From an uncultured delta proteobacterium (GTDB lineage Bacteria; Desulfobacterota; Syntrophia; Syntrophales; Smithellaceae), in assembly GCA_963753975.1 (NCBI GenBank), contig CAVWEH010000004.1:160001-224000 (forward strand): 64,000 bases of DNA. Direction: 5' to 3'. Below are positions 31,512 to 41,275 of this stretch, piece after piece (within the stretch, counting starts at the first letter, position 1; each line of letters opens with the position of its first letter). The notes below the pieces were generated by a model that worked only from the letters and a program-made list of their open reading frames with translations, was not told the DNA's origin and ran no database searches. The translations under genes and the position numbers were made by a program.

Positions 31512-31910
31512 ATGTTGACACCGGATTTTAGCAAATATTCTCTGGCGTTGGTTCAGGGCGATAAAATCATCTTCTCTTCTCAAGCAAATGGATTGAAACC
31601 TCTTTGGGATTGCCTCGAAAATTACCGTCAGACAAAAAATAGTTTTATTTTGTTCGATAAAGTAATCGGACTTGCCGCGGCCAGGCTCGTTGTTTATTCG
31701 GGAATTATATCCCAGATACAAACGCTTTTAGTTTCACAACCGGCAAAGAAATATCTGGAAGACAGCAGCATCCCGATAAAAGCTAAAAATACTGTTGCCA
31801 ATATTTTGACAAAAGACAGGCGTTCAATATGCCCCGGTGAAATTATTGCTTTAAATACTGGCTCGTCTGATGATTTTCGCGCCAAAATAATGGCCATGCT
31901 TAACAATTAA
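31512..31910 (+). CDS. DUF1893 (TM1506-like) protein
   Basis: GLKPL, DKVIGLAAA, ICPGE. Confidence 0.75.
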   Translation: MLTPDFSKYSLALVQGDKIIFSSQANGLKPLWDCLENYRQTKNSFILFDKVIGLAAARLVVYSGIISQIQTLLVSQPAKKYLEDSSIPIKAKNTVANILTKDRRSICPGEIIALNTGSSDDFRAKIMAMLNN

Positions 31911-32938
31911 ACATTGAAACGGAAATTTATTATATCGCCGTCCTGGACAATATAATCTTTCCCTTCCAAACGCAGGCGACCGGCTGATTTTACCTCTCCG
32001 GCAGATCCGCCGTGCGCAATGAAATCGTTATAGGACATGACTTCGGCTTTAATAAAACCTCTCTCAAAATCATTATGAATTGTTCCCGCGGCTTGGGGAG
32101 CTTTCGTGTCTGTAGGAATCACCCAGGCCTTGACTTCGTCATCACCGACAGTAAAAAAAGAAATTCGTCCCAACAAAGAAAAAGCAGCGCGGATGATCCG
32201 GCCAAAAGCGGGCTCGGCAATGCCCAGCGAGGCCAGAAACTCTTTTTGATCGGCGGCCTCCAGTCCGGCCAGCTCCGCCTCGGTTTTACAGCAGATGCCC
32301 ATGACCGGCTCTGATATCTTTGCCGCTTTCGAAAAGATATCGGCAAAAGTAAGATTATTTTCCGCCACGTTGATTACGATCAGTTCGGGCTTAATTGTCC
32401 AGAAAGAAAAACTCCTGAGAGAAAAAACTTCCGCCGGCATTAGTCCGGCAGACCTCAGCGGTTTTCCCCCTTCCAGGCATTCCTCTAATTTGGGTAAAAG
32501 TTCCGCCTGAGTTATATCCTGTTGCGTCAGCACCTTTTTGGACATTTTGGTGAGGCGTTCCAGCTTCTTTTCGATTATCAAGAGGTCGGCAAGAATTAAC
32601 TCATCTTCCAGCTTGCGGTAGGCTTCCATGCTCAGTTGCACATCGGGCAGGGAAAATCCGTCAACCACGTGCAAAATGCCGTCGGTGCCGCTTAAATTCT
32701 GCCGGATGGCTTCCCAGGGATGTTCGCCTACGGCATGGACATCAACAAAAGGAATTTTGGCTGGAGATACTTTTGCCGGTTTATATGTTTCCACCAGCTT
32801 ATCAAAACGAACATCCGGCACTGCTGCCAGACCACGCACGACGGTTTCATTGTGCAGAGTGCCGCTTTTGACGCCGGTCATAATTTCAAATAATGTGCTC
32901 TTCCCGCTCTGGGGAAGACCAAGAATACCCATTTCCAT
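31907..32938 (-). CDS. YchF/Ola1-like ATPase (DUF933/TGS C-terminus) with atypical switch regions
   Basis: GLPQSGKST, FFTVG, AAGTIHNDFERGFIKAEV, EGKDYIVQDGD. Confidence 0.88.
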   Translation of the reverse strand: MEMGILGLPQSGKSTLFEIMTGVKSGTLHNETVVRGLAAVPDVRFDKLVETYKPAKVSPAKIPFVDVHAVGEHPWEAIRQNLSGTDGILHVVDGFSLPDVQLSMEAYRKLEDELILADLLIIEKKLERLTKMSKKVLTQQDITQAELLPKLEECLEGGKPLRSAGLMPAEVFSLRSFSFWTIKPELIVINVAENNLTFADIFSKAAKISEPVMGICCKTEAELAGLEAADQKEFLASLGIAEPAFGRIIRAAFSLLGRISFFTVGDDEVKAWVIPTDTKAPQAAGTIHNDFERGFIKAEVMSYNDFIAHGGSAGEVKSAGRLRLEGKDYIVQDGDIINFRFNV

Positions 32939-33011
32939 AATTAACTATCTTTCTCTAATAGTTTCTGTAATCAAAGTAGAACAAAGCGGCAGCCAGAAGA
33001 AGATGAATCGC

Positions 33012-33057
33012 AATCCGGGACGTGTGACCTTCAGATTATGCACCGGATAAACTCGGC
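33012..33057 (-). repeat. family C hairpin repeat
   Basis: Minus strand GCCGAGTTTATCCGG...CCGGATT resembles GCCGAATTTATCCCG...CGGGATT at 39880. Confidence 0.55.
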
Positions 33058-33097
33058 ATACACACGGTCCGGCGAATGCAGGCGACCTTGTACGGTG

Positions 33098-34267
33098 TTA
33101 TTTTGTAAACTCCTTTTCAATTCGTTTCATCGCTTCTTTCAGGCGATTATCGGGAATGGTCAGAGATATGCGAACAAATCCTTCACCGTATTTGCCGTAA
33201 GCGGTCCCGGCAGCGACCACAACGGCGGTCCTGTCAAACAAGCGATTAGTAAAATCCAGCGATGTCATGCCTTTGGGTACCGGCACCCAAAGATAAAATG
33301 TGCCGCGCGGCGGATTAAAATTTATGCCGATTTTTTTCAGTGTCGTAAGCACTAGCTCGCGTCTCACTCCATACAAGTTTAACATTTTCCCGATAAATAC
33401 TTCTTCATTGCGTAGGGCCTGAATGCCGGCGAATTGAATAGGATTAAATATTCCGGAATCCGTATTTTCTTTGACTTTGCTTATGGCGGCAATAAGCTCC
33501 GGATTTCCGCAAACCATCCCCAGCCGCCAGCCGCACATATTAAACGGTTTGGAAAGGGAGTTAAGCTCAATGCCCACATCTTTGGCTCCTTTGGCCGCAA
33601 GAAAACTGATACGGGGCTGTCCGGCAAAGACTATTTCGCTATAGGGATTATCGTAACAAATGGCAATATCGAAGCTGCGGGCAAAGGCAACAAGCTTATT
33701 TAAAAATTCCGGAGTGGCACAAGCGCCCGTGGGATTATTCGGATAATTGAGAAACATAGCGCTGGCTTTTTTAGCAATATCCGTGGGGATGTCTTCCAAT
33801 ACCGGTAAGTAATTATTTTGCGGCAGAATGGGTACATTGTAAGGAACACCCCCGCCCATCAGAATACTGGAACGATAGGCCGGGTAACCGGGGTCGGTCA
33901 TCAAAACGGTGTCGCCGGGATTGACGCGCGCCAGCACAAAGTGATGGCAGCCTTCTTTCGAGCCAATCAAGCCGAGAATTTCATTTTCGGGATTCAAACT
34001 GACGCTATACCGTTTCTGATACCAGCGGGCGACCTCCTTACGAAAAGCGAGCATCCCTTTTTCTTCATCCGTGGGGTAGCGATGATTTAAAGGATCACGT
34101 GCAGTAGAGCAGAGTTCATCAATAATCGAATCCGGCGTGGCTTCTACAGGATCACCAATGGCCAGAGAAATGACATCCACGCCTTCGGTCTTGGCCTTAT
34201 TGATTTTTTTTCTCAACTCCATGAATAAATAGGGTGGTATTTCCCCCAAGCGATCGGCTATCTGCAA
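33098..34267 (-). CDS. dapL: LL-diaminopimelate aminotransferase
   Basis: GSKEG, NYPNNPTG, SLSKPFNMCGWRLG; downstream of dapF. Confidence 0.85.
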   Translation of the reverse strand: MQIADRLGEIPPYLFMELRKKINKAKTEGVDVISLAIGDPVEATPDSIIDELCSTARDPLNHRYPTDEEKGMLAFRKEVARWYQKRYSVSLNPENEILGLIGSKEGCHHFVLARVNPGDTVLMTDPGYPAYRSSILMGGGVPYNVPILPQNNYLPVLEDIPTDIAKKASAMFLNYPNNPTGACATPEFLNKLVAFARSFDIAICYDNPYSEIVFAGQPRISFLAAKGAKDVGIELNSLSKPFNMCGWRLGMVCGNPELIAAISKVKENTDSGIFNPIQFAGIQALRNEEVFIGKMLNLYGVRRELVLTTLKKIGINFNPPRGTFYLWVPVPKGMTSLDFTNRLFDRTAVVVAAGTAYGKYGEGFVRISLTIPDNRLKEAMKRIEKEFTK

Positions 34268-34303
34268 ATTTAACCTCCTGAGATGAAAATTAAGAAACGA
34301 TAT

Positions 34304-35143
34304 TTATTGATACGCTTCTTCACAAAGCATTCCCTGGTAAATTATTTTCACTTTACCTTCAAGATAAATTTCGCCAAAGCGGCCATTTTTCTTTGTAAAG
34401 TAGATTCTCAGGGTTTCGCCGCTCTGGACGATGACATCCACAGGCGAATCCACCAACCCCCGTGAAGCTGCGGCCAAAACTGAAGCGACAGCACCGGTGC
34501 CGCAGGCGAGCGTCTCATCTTCGACGCCTCGTTCGTAAGTGCGCACTCTGATTTTATGCCGGTCAATTACCGTGGCGAAATTGGCATTTGTGCCTTCGGG
34601 CTGAAAATGTTCATGATTGCGAATTTTACATCCCCAATCAAAAACAGCAGAAGATTCCGGACTATCCACAAAGGTTACGGCATGAGGAACTCCCGTATTG
34701 ACGCTATCTAAAATAAATTCGCGGTCATCAAGAACAATTATTTCTTTCGGCTTTACCGGCGATGGATCAGTAAGTCTGACTTTAACTACGTCATCATTGA
34801 CTTCGGCGGAAATGATACCTGCGATCGTTTCGAAGGACATCTTCTTAGGGGCAATGCCTTTCAGATAAGCATAGCGAGCCACACAGCGACTGGCATTCCC
34901 ACACATTTCGGCTATGGAACCATCTGAGTTAAAAAACTGCCACTTAAAATTAACTGTTTTCGATGGCTCAATTAAGAGCAGACCATCGGCGCCCACGGAA
35001 ATTTTGCGCTGACAAATTTCATGGGCAAACGCGGACAAATCGTCCACATTCAAGGATAAATCACGGTTATCTATAATGATGAAATCATTACCGCTACCGC
35101 TCATTTTATAAAATTCAATCATTTTTGACTTAGTTTTCTTCAT
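34304..35143 (-). CDS. dapF: diaminopimelate epimerase
   Basis: GSGNDF, EMCGNASRC, GVPH, ERGVEDETLACGTG. Confidence 0.96.
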   Translation of the reverse strand: MKKTKSKMIEFYKMSGSGNDFIIIDNRDLSLNVDDLSAFAHEICQRKISVGADGLLLIEPSKTVNFKWQFFNSDGSIAEMCGNASRCVARYAYLKGIAPKKMSFETIAGIISAEVNDDVVKVRLTDPSPVKPKEIIVLDDREFILDSVNTGVPHAVTFVDSPESSAVFDWGCKIRNHEHFQPEGTNANFATVIDRHKIRVRTYERGVEDETLACGTGAVASVLAAASRGLVDSPVDVIVQSGETLRIYFTKKNGRFGEIYLEGKVKIIYQGMLCEEAYQ

Positions 35144-35389
35144 TTTTCATATTTCACAATTCGTTAACCCTTGCTCAATCGCCTAAAAAATAATAATTTT
35201 ATTGCAAGTGTCTACCATGATTTCAAATTTGATTCAATGAGTTATCATGCCTTTATACAGGCATTTAATTTGAGAAATGTTCTAATAGAAAAATGCCAGA
35301 AATTATAAGGAAACTTCACACAGAACTTAATATTGTTGACACATTAGATCGCTTGCGTTTATATCACTAGTCGCCGAGGGGGAGGAAAT

Positions 35390-35809
35390 ATGGAACTCAA
35401 GACTCATAGTATTTGCAGGCTTGTCAAGAACGAAGACCTGAATCACCATGGGACTCTATTTGCGGGTAAAACGGCCATGTGGTTCGTGGAAGCGGGATTC
35501 ATTGCTGCGGCAAGTCTTACGCATCCCGAGAACATCGTTTGCGTGAACATACACGGCATGCTTTTTAAGAAACCTGTTAAAAATGGCCATATTATTCGCT
35601 TCGAAAGCAAGGTTGTTCTGGCCGGGAAAACACGCCTTGTCTCATATGTAAGAGTCGTGGATAACAGCAGTGACGACTTTTATCTTGACGGTTTTATCAG
35701 CTTTGTGCATGTGGATTTGCAAGGCAAGTCACTGCCGCATGGAATCGAAATTAATCCTACAGCCCCGGAAGATATTGCTCTACAGGAAAAAGCAAAAAAG
35801 TTAAGATAA
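35390..35809 (+). CDS. hotdog-fold acyl-CoA thioesterase
   Basis: DLNHHGTLFAG motif; GGAGG RBS. Confidence 0.85.
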   Translation: MELKTHSICRLVKNEDLNHHGTLFAGKTAMWFVEAGFIAAASLTHPENIVCVNIHGMLFKKPVKNGHIIRFESKVVLAGKTRLVSYVRVVDNSSDDFYLDGFISFVHVDLQGKSLPHGIEINPTAPEDIALQEKAKKLR

Positions 35810-35839
35810 AGAGTTTGTTTTTTGCTAATGCCCGAAGTA

Positions 35840-36574
35840 TTACTGCATTTTGCGAATGCGCACTTCTATCCCTGTCGTATCTTTGAGCAGATCAACGAGC
35901 TTTGCCGTGTCCGTATTTCCGTAGTGGTAGGGGTAAAGTATCTGGGGACGGAAAGCCTTTGCCGCGTCAGCTGCCATTTCCGGAGTCATCGTATAGGGAA
36001 GGTTCATGGGTAAAAAAGCAATATCGATTCCTTTTAAGTTTTTCATTTCCGGAGTGTTTTCCGTATCCCCGGCAATATATACACGCTTGTTGCCGAAGGT
36101 AATTACATAGCCGTTGCCCGTGCCCCGGGGATGGAAAGGAACTCCGGGAGCGCGCATATGAACAAGATTGTATGCTGGAACTGCTTCAATGTTAAGGCCG
36201 TCAATAGTACGGATATCGCCATTTTTCATGATGATTGCGTCGGATATTTGCCTGGCGACTGTTTGAGTGGCTACTATTTTTGTTTTAGTGGTTTTAATCA
36301 GGTTGATCGCCTGGAGATCAAAATGATCCGCATGCTCATGAGTTATGAGAATCAAATCGGCTTGGGGCATTTTCGAATAATCGGCCATCTGTGACACGGG
36401 ATCAACGTGAATGACCTTGCCGTTTAGGGACATCATTATTGTTCCATGGCCAACGAATGTTAAAACAAGGTCTCCTCTCGAAGTCTTTATCGTGTCGGAT
36501 TCAAACTTTTGTTCCGCTGCAACCGCCGTCGTCGCGCAGAGGAAAAATAAACTCGTAAAAATCAATTTTCCCAT
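35840..36574 (-). CDS. exported MBL-fold metallo-hydrolase
   Basis: Signal peptide; THEHADH, AGDT, YPYHY. Confidence 0.88.
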   Translation of the reverse strand: MGKLIFTSLFFLCATTAVAAEQKFESDTIKTSRGDLVLTFVGHGTIMMSLNGKVIHVDPVSQMADYSKMPQADLILITHEHADHFDLQAINLIKTTKTKIVATQTVARQISDAIIMKNGDIRTIDGLNIEAVPAYNLVHMRAPGVPFHPRGTGNGYVITFGNKRVYIAGDTENTPEMKNLKGIDIAFLPMNLPYTMTPEMAADAAKAFRPQILYPYHYGNTDTAKLVDLLKDTTGIEVRIRKMQ

Positions 36575-36676
36575 AATTGCTTTCCTAATTTTCGATTAAT
36601 CAACGCGGCTCGTTTTGCTTACCCCATTTAACGGTTGTCTATAATCCACCAGGAAATTTAAATAAATCTACAAAAC

Positions 36677-37339
36677 CTAACTGTCTTTTCCAATACGAGC
36701 CAAACCGTCCATATAACGGACACAAATATCGTCTAACGGTTCAATGCAGAGACACTTTAAATAAGATTTGATGAAACCTTTGAGAAAAGCTGCTGCGGGA
36801 AGCCGCTTAACTTTATCTTCCTCAATACTGATTAAATAATCCATGCGTATTTTTGTTTCTCCGGCAATCTTTTCGATAGCCACACCCAGTTCATTTCTAA
36901 TTACCTTAAGATCAGCGCCCTTAATTTCCTGCTTGGATAAAATTTCATTAATGCGCTTATTTTGAGCGACTTTTTCCTTTAAAGTAGATTTATTATCTTT
37001 AAGCACAACCGCCTTACCCCATTGCCTGCTGGCGTCATAAATACCAGTCGATCTTTTAGCTCCTGCTTTGCCTCCCACATTGTCGATAATTCCCGCCTGA
37101 ATAAGTTCTTTATCATAGTTTTTTCTTTCTTTTCCATTGATGAGGGTTAGGTAAGCTTTTTCCAGAAGGTTAATGATCTCTTGTCTTTCTTCCAGAGAAA
37201 AAAAGGAATAACTAACCAGAGAGTCTGCCCGATACATTTGCATAGCGGTATTATAGGCACGGCGAATTTCAAAAAATGCCGCATCAGGAGTAATATCCAA
37301 AATTTCATAATAATTCAGGGTGGTAAAATTTTTTTTCAT
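36677..37339 (-). CDS. J-domain-like plus RodZ-type HTH protein
   Basis: NYYEILDI..IRRAY..AYLTL..RKNYD; C-terminal GADLKVIR..TKIR..IEE..LKGFIKSY; no HPD. Confidence 0.8.
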   Translation of the reverse strand: MKKNFTTLNYYEILDITPDAAFFEIRRAYNTAMQMYRADSLVSYSFFSLEERQEIINLLEKAYLTLINGKERKNYDKELIQAGIIDNVGGKAGAKRSTGIYDASRQWGKAVVLKDNKSTLKEKVAQNKRINEILSKQEIKGADLKVIRNELGVAIEKIAGETKIRMDYLISIEEDKVKRLPAAAFLKGFIKSYLKCLCIEPLDDICVRYMDGLARIGKDS

Positions 37340-37380
37340 AATAATAAAGACCTCAAGCGTAATATTATTATAAATATTTT

Positions 37381-37413
37381 ATGAATTTTATGAATTTTAT
37401 TCATAAAATTCAT
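37381..37413. repeat. perfect 15-bp inverted repeat
   Basis: ATGAATTTTATGAAT-TTT-ATTCATAAAATTCAT. Confidence 0.85.
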
Positions 37414-37417
37414 ATTT

Positions 37418-38344
37418 TTAAGAATAGCGCATCAATAATTGTTCGCTCGTAGAATTAACAATTCGTTTGCTTAGCTCTCGCAGATCGTAAGCCGTACGAG
37501 TGTAAGGGTATCGATCCAAAAACGATACCCGTTGACAAACAGCATCGTGAACGCGGTCATCGAAAGCGATGTTACCGGCAAAATCAACCTGAAAGCCAAG
37601 GTGTTTTTCAATAATTTTACATATTTGTGCGCCTAGCGCGATATTATCCTGCTTACGCAATTGATTGAGAACAAGCTTAAATCTAAAGGAGTTAAAATCA
37701 TTTTCCAACTGTAAACTCTTTTCCGAGTCTGCTCCTTTAATCACCTGCATAATGGAATCCGGTTTATTAAAAGAGCCTTCACCAAATTGTCGTATAACTT
37801 CTTCCTCCAGCGCCTTAAAATCAGCCGCATTAAAATACTGACGAATTCGCCGGAAATAAATAGCGCGAACCAGCCGGTAAACATTTTCAATAGAAGTAGG
37901 TTCCGGAGTTGTAATAAATATACTGTTTTGCGAAATCAGAAAAAAATCAAGGGTATTAAAAGAAGTGCCGGCGCCCAAATCCAGCAAAATCCACTCGTAA
38001 TTCAGCTTGGATATGGCTTTAAGGGTTTTTACTTTTTGTTCGTATGGAAGATTAGCGATATCCAGATTATCGTGAGCGCCGCTGATTAAATAAAGATTAG
38101 GTATCGGGGTTTCCAAAACGGTGTTTTCTAAAAGTGGTATTTTCTTGCAGATGAAATCGGAGAGGCACTTTATCGGATAAGGCACATCTACCAAGGTGTG
38201 CAGATTGGCTGCGCCTAGATCAAGGTCAATCAGGAGAGTTTTTTTCCCTAAGCCAGCTAAAACGCGGCCTAAGGAACTGGTCAGGAAACTCTTTCCCGAT
38301 CCGCCTTTACCCCCTCCAATTGGCCAGATATGCACCATAAGCAT
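37418..38344 (-). CDS. MinD/FlhG/ParA-family ATPase
   Basis: GGGKGGSGKS deviant Walker A, DLDLGAANLH, DLGAG, TPEPTSIEN; start approximate. Confidence 0.88.
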   Translation of the reverse strand: MLMVHIWPIGGGKGGSGKSFLTSSLGRVLAGLGKKTLLIDLDLGAANLHTLVDVPYPIKCLSDFICKKIPLLENTVLETPIPNLYLISGAHDNLDIANLPYEQKVKTLKAISKLNYEWILLDLGAGTSFNTLDFFLISQNSIFITTPEPTSIENVYRLVRAIYFRRIRQYFNAADFKALEEEVIRQFGEGSFNKPDSIMQVIKGADSEKSLQLENDFNSFRFKLVLNQLRKQDNIALGAQICKIIEKHLGFQVDFAGNIAFDDRVHDAVCQRVSFLDRYPYTRTAYDLRELSKRIVNSTSEQLLMRYS

Positions 38345-38505
38345 CCGCCGTTTAATTTTTTTAAATTTGAAATATATATGATAAATTAGCAATATTCAAG
38401 TATTAAGTTGATTTCTTAAAGAATATCTTCCCGGCTGATAACTTTCTTGACTTCTGAGTCTTTTACTCATAAAAAATGACTTATTTCATTTGAGAACGGC
38501 CTTAA

Positions 38506-39840
38506 ATGTCTATGATCAATAGCGAACCCGAAATAAAAGTTGCCTTACTGCAAAGTTATAAAGAAGCGCAAATAAATTTAAATGGCCCCTTTCATCTGCC
38601 CGATAGTCGTAAAATCACCGGCCGTTTAGAAATCCGGGCCGAAAAAGCGCAAATTCTCGTTATTCAATCTTCGGGCGCGCAAATCACTGCGCAGAAGGAA
38701 ATTTTGCTTTCTGCCGACGATGGGGGAACGTTCACCGTATTTGATATGAAAATCGGCACTGGCTTTCACTGGGAAAGAAGCCAGGAGCAGTCGTTTCGCG
38801 GCAATCTGCTTTTATCGGCTAATTCGGCTTCTTCCTTTGATCTCATTAATGAAATCCCTTTGGAGGATTATATCGAAAGCGTAATTTCATCGGAAATGTC
38901 CGCGCAGGCTCCATTGGAATTTTTAAAGGCGCAGGCTATCGTCGCCCGGAGCTGGCTTGTCGCCATGCGGGAAAGAAAACAAAAATCTGGCGGCAATTCC
39001 AATTTTGAAAAAATAAGTACTGCGGAAACAATCAGATGGCGTGACATTAATGATCATCGTGATTTCGACGTCTGTGCCGATGATCATTGTCAACGCTATC
39101 AGGGCATAACTAAAATAACCTCCGCAAATGTAGGCGAGGCAATTACGTCGACGCGAGGAATGTTTTTGGTTTACAAAAATGAAATATGCGATGCCCGTTA
39201 CCACAAGGCCTGCGGCGGCCGAACGGAAATATTTGCGAGCGCATGGGAGGATAAATTTTATCCTTATCTGCAAAGCGTAACCTGCGGTGCAGATACTCAC
39301 GCACTGATTGTAACGGAAAAAGATGCCCAAAATTGGTTTAGCAGGAAGCCGCCTGCTTACTGTGACACGGCCGACGAGAAGATATTAAGCCAAATTCTGC
39401 CATCGTTTGATCGGGAAACTCTTGATTTTTTTCGCTGGCAGGTCATATATGCAAGGGAAGATTTGGAGGATATTATCCGTGAAAAATCGGGCGTTGACAT
39501 GGGGCAGTTGAAAAATCTAATCCCGCTTACGCGCGGTCCTTCCGGCAGAATCAGCAGGCTGAAAATAGAAGGCTCCGAGCAGACTATTGTCGTCGGGAAA
39601 GAGTTGGAAATTCGGCGCTGGCTTTCGGAAAGTCACCTTTTAAGCAGTGCCTTTATTGTTTCGACGCAAAGCACGGCGAGGGGAAAGGTTGCCCGATTTA
39701 TTTTATCCGGCGGAGGCTGGGGACACGGCGTAGGCCTATGCCAAATCGGCGCGGCAGTCATGGCGTATAAAGGATTTAAAGCACCGGAAATTTTGGCTCA
39801 ATACTTTACCGGCGCAAGCCTCCGAAAACTCTATAAATGA
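38506..39840 (+). CDS. SpoIID/LytB domain lytic transglycosylase
   Basis: LEDYIESVISSEM, LKAQAIVARS, DDHCQRYQG, GWGHGVGLCQIGA. Confidence 0.92.
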   Translation: MSMINSEPEIKVALLQSYKEAQINLNGPFHLPDSRKITGRLEIRAEKAQILVIQSSGAQITAQKEILLSADDGGTFTVFDMKIGTGFHWERSQEQSFRGNLLLSANSASSFDLINEIPLEDYIESVISSEMSAQAPLEFLKAQAIVARSWLVAMRERKQKSGGNSNFEKISTAETIRWRDINDHRDFDVCADDHCQRYQGITKITSANVGEAITSTRGMFLVYKNEICDARYHKACGGRTEIFASAWEDKFYPYLQSVTCGADTHALIVTEKDAQNWFSRKPPAYCDTADEKILSQILPSFDRETLDFFRWQVIYAREDLEDIIREKSGVDMGQLKNLIPLTRGPSGRISRLKIEGSEQTIVVGKELEIRRWLSESHLLSSAFIVSTQSTARGKVARFILSGGGWGHGVGLCQIGAAVMAYKGFKAPEILAQYFTGASLRKLYK

Positions 39841-39940
39841 GAATCACATTTCAGGAATGAAGTGAACTGAAATGTGTAAGCCGAATTTATCCCGCGAGCG
39901 CTAGGTAGGCGGGATTAATGACACCATATTTTCAGGGCAG
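39841..39940 (+). repeat. family C palindromic repeat
   Basis: CACATTTCAGGAATGAAGTGAACTGAAATGTGTAAGCCGAATTTATCCCG aligns with 51126-51178. Confidence 0.75.
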
Positions 39941-39979
39941 CGGTCTAATAGCGGCATAATCGGTGAGGATTGAGGATTA

Positions 39980-41275
39980 ATGTCATTGGCAAAACGCACA
40001 TCGGCGCGGAAAGAGCGCGACCCCTGGTTCTGGGTGCCGTCACTCTATCTGGCGGAAGGAATCCCCTATATCATTGCGATGACAGTGAGCGTCATCTTAT
40101 ACAAAAGGCTGGGGCTTTCCAATACCGATATCGCACTCTATACAAGCTGGTTTTATCTTCCCTGGGTGATTAAACCTTTCTGGAGTCCGTTTGTCGATTT
40201 CTTCCGCACCAAGCGCTTCTGGATTTTGGTGATGCAGATCGCTATCGGCGGCTCACTCGCCTCAGTTGCGTTGACGATTCCCGCGGATAACTTCATCCGC
40301 TACACTTTAGCTATGTTTTGGATTATGGCATTTAGTTCCGCCACCCATGATATTGCCGCGGACGGCTTTTACATGCTCGGTCTCGATACGCCCCAGCAAG
40401 CGGCCTTCATCGGCGTGCGCACTGTCTTTTACCGCGTGGCCACAATTGCCGCTAAGGGGGGCCTCGTCATAATGGCCGGCGTGATGGAAAATCACGGCTA
40501 CCCTGTAACAAAGGCTTGGTCGATTACTTTTATCGCTGTGGCCGCCTTTTTTTTGGCTCTGTTCATTTATCATTTTTTTGTTCTGCCCTATCCTACCGCC
40601 GACCGGAAAGCGCCGCGCGATAAAACTAAAAAATTTTTAGCGGAATATTTTCGCGTACTGATTTTATTTTTCCGCCAAAAAGATATTGTCATTATTATCA
40701 GTTTCTTTTTATTTTACCGTTTTGCCGAGGCGCAACTGGTCAAGATGGTCGCGCCTTTTTTACTTGATGCCCGTACAAAAGGCGGCTTGGGTTTGACTAC
40801 CGCCGAAGTCGGCGTGATATACGGCACGGTCGGAGTCATTGCGCTTATGCTCGGCGGCCTTTTAGGCGGATATCTGGTTTACAAAAATGGCCTGAAGTTC
40901 TGGCTGTGGCCGATGGTGTTGATCATGCACCTGCCAGATGTGATTTTCATCTATCTTTCCCAGACGCTGCCGCAAAGCCTGCTGGTGGTGGGCTCGGGAG
41001 TTGCTCTCGAACAATTCGGTTATGGTTTCGGCTTTACGGCATACACTATGTATATGATTATGGTCTCTCAGGGAGAATACAAAACCGTTTTTTATGCTAT
41101 CGGCACCGGCATTATGGCGCTGGGCATGATGCTGCCGGCGATGGCCAGCGGCTGGATTCAGGAAATGCTCGGCTATAAGAATTTCTTTATCTGGATTACT
41201 TTAACGACCATTCCCGGTTTCATTGTGGCGGCCCTGGTTAAAATTAATCCCGGCTACGGGAAGAAAATAAATTGA
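39980..41275 (+). CDS. ampG: AmpG-family muropeptide MFS transporter
   Basis: SLYLAEGIPY, LPWVIKPFWSP, SATHDIAADGFY. Confidence 0.88.
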   Translation: MSLAKRTSARKERDPWFWVPSLYLAEGIPYIIAMTVSVILYKRLGLSNTDIALYTSWFYLPWVIKPFWSPFVDFFRTKRFWILVMQIAIGGSLASVALTIPADNFIRYTLAMFWIMAFSSATHDIAADGFYMLGLDTPQQAAFIGVRTVFYRVATIAAKGGLVIMAGVMENHGYPVTKAWSITFIAVAAFFLALFIYHFFVLPYPTADRKAPRDKTKKFLAEYFRVLILFFRQKDIVIIISFFLFYRFAEAQLVKMVAPFLLDARTKGGLGLTTAEVGVIYGTVGVIALMLGGLLGGYLVYKNGLKFWLWPMVLIMHLPDVIFIYLSQTLPQSLLVVGSGVALEQFGYGFGFTAYTMYMIMVSQGEYKTVFYAIGTGIMALGMMLPAMASGWIQEMLGYKNFFIWITLTTIPGFIVAALVKINPGYGKKIN

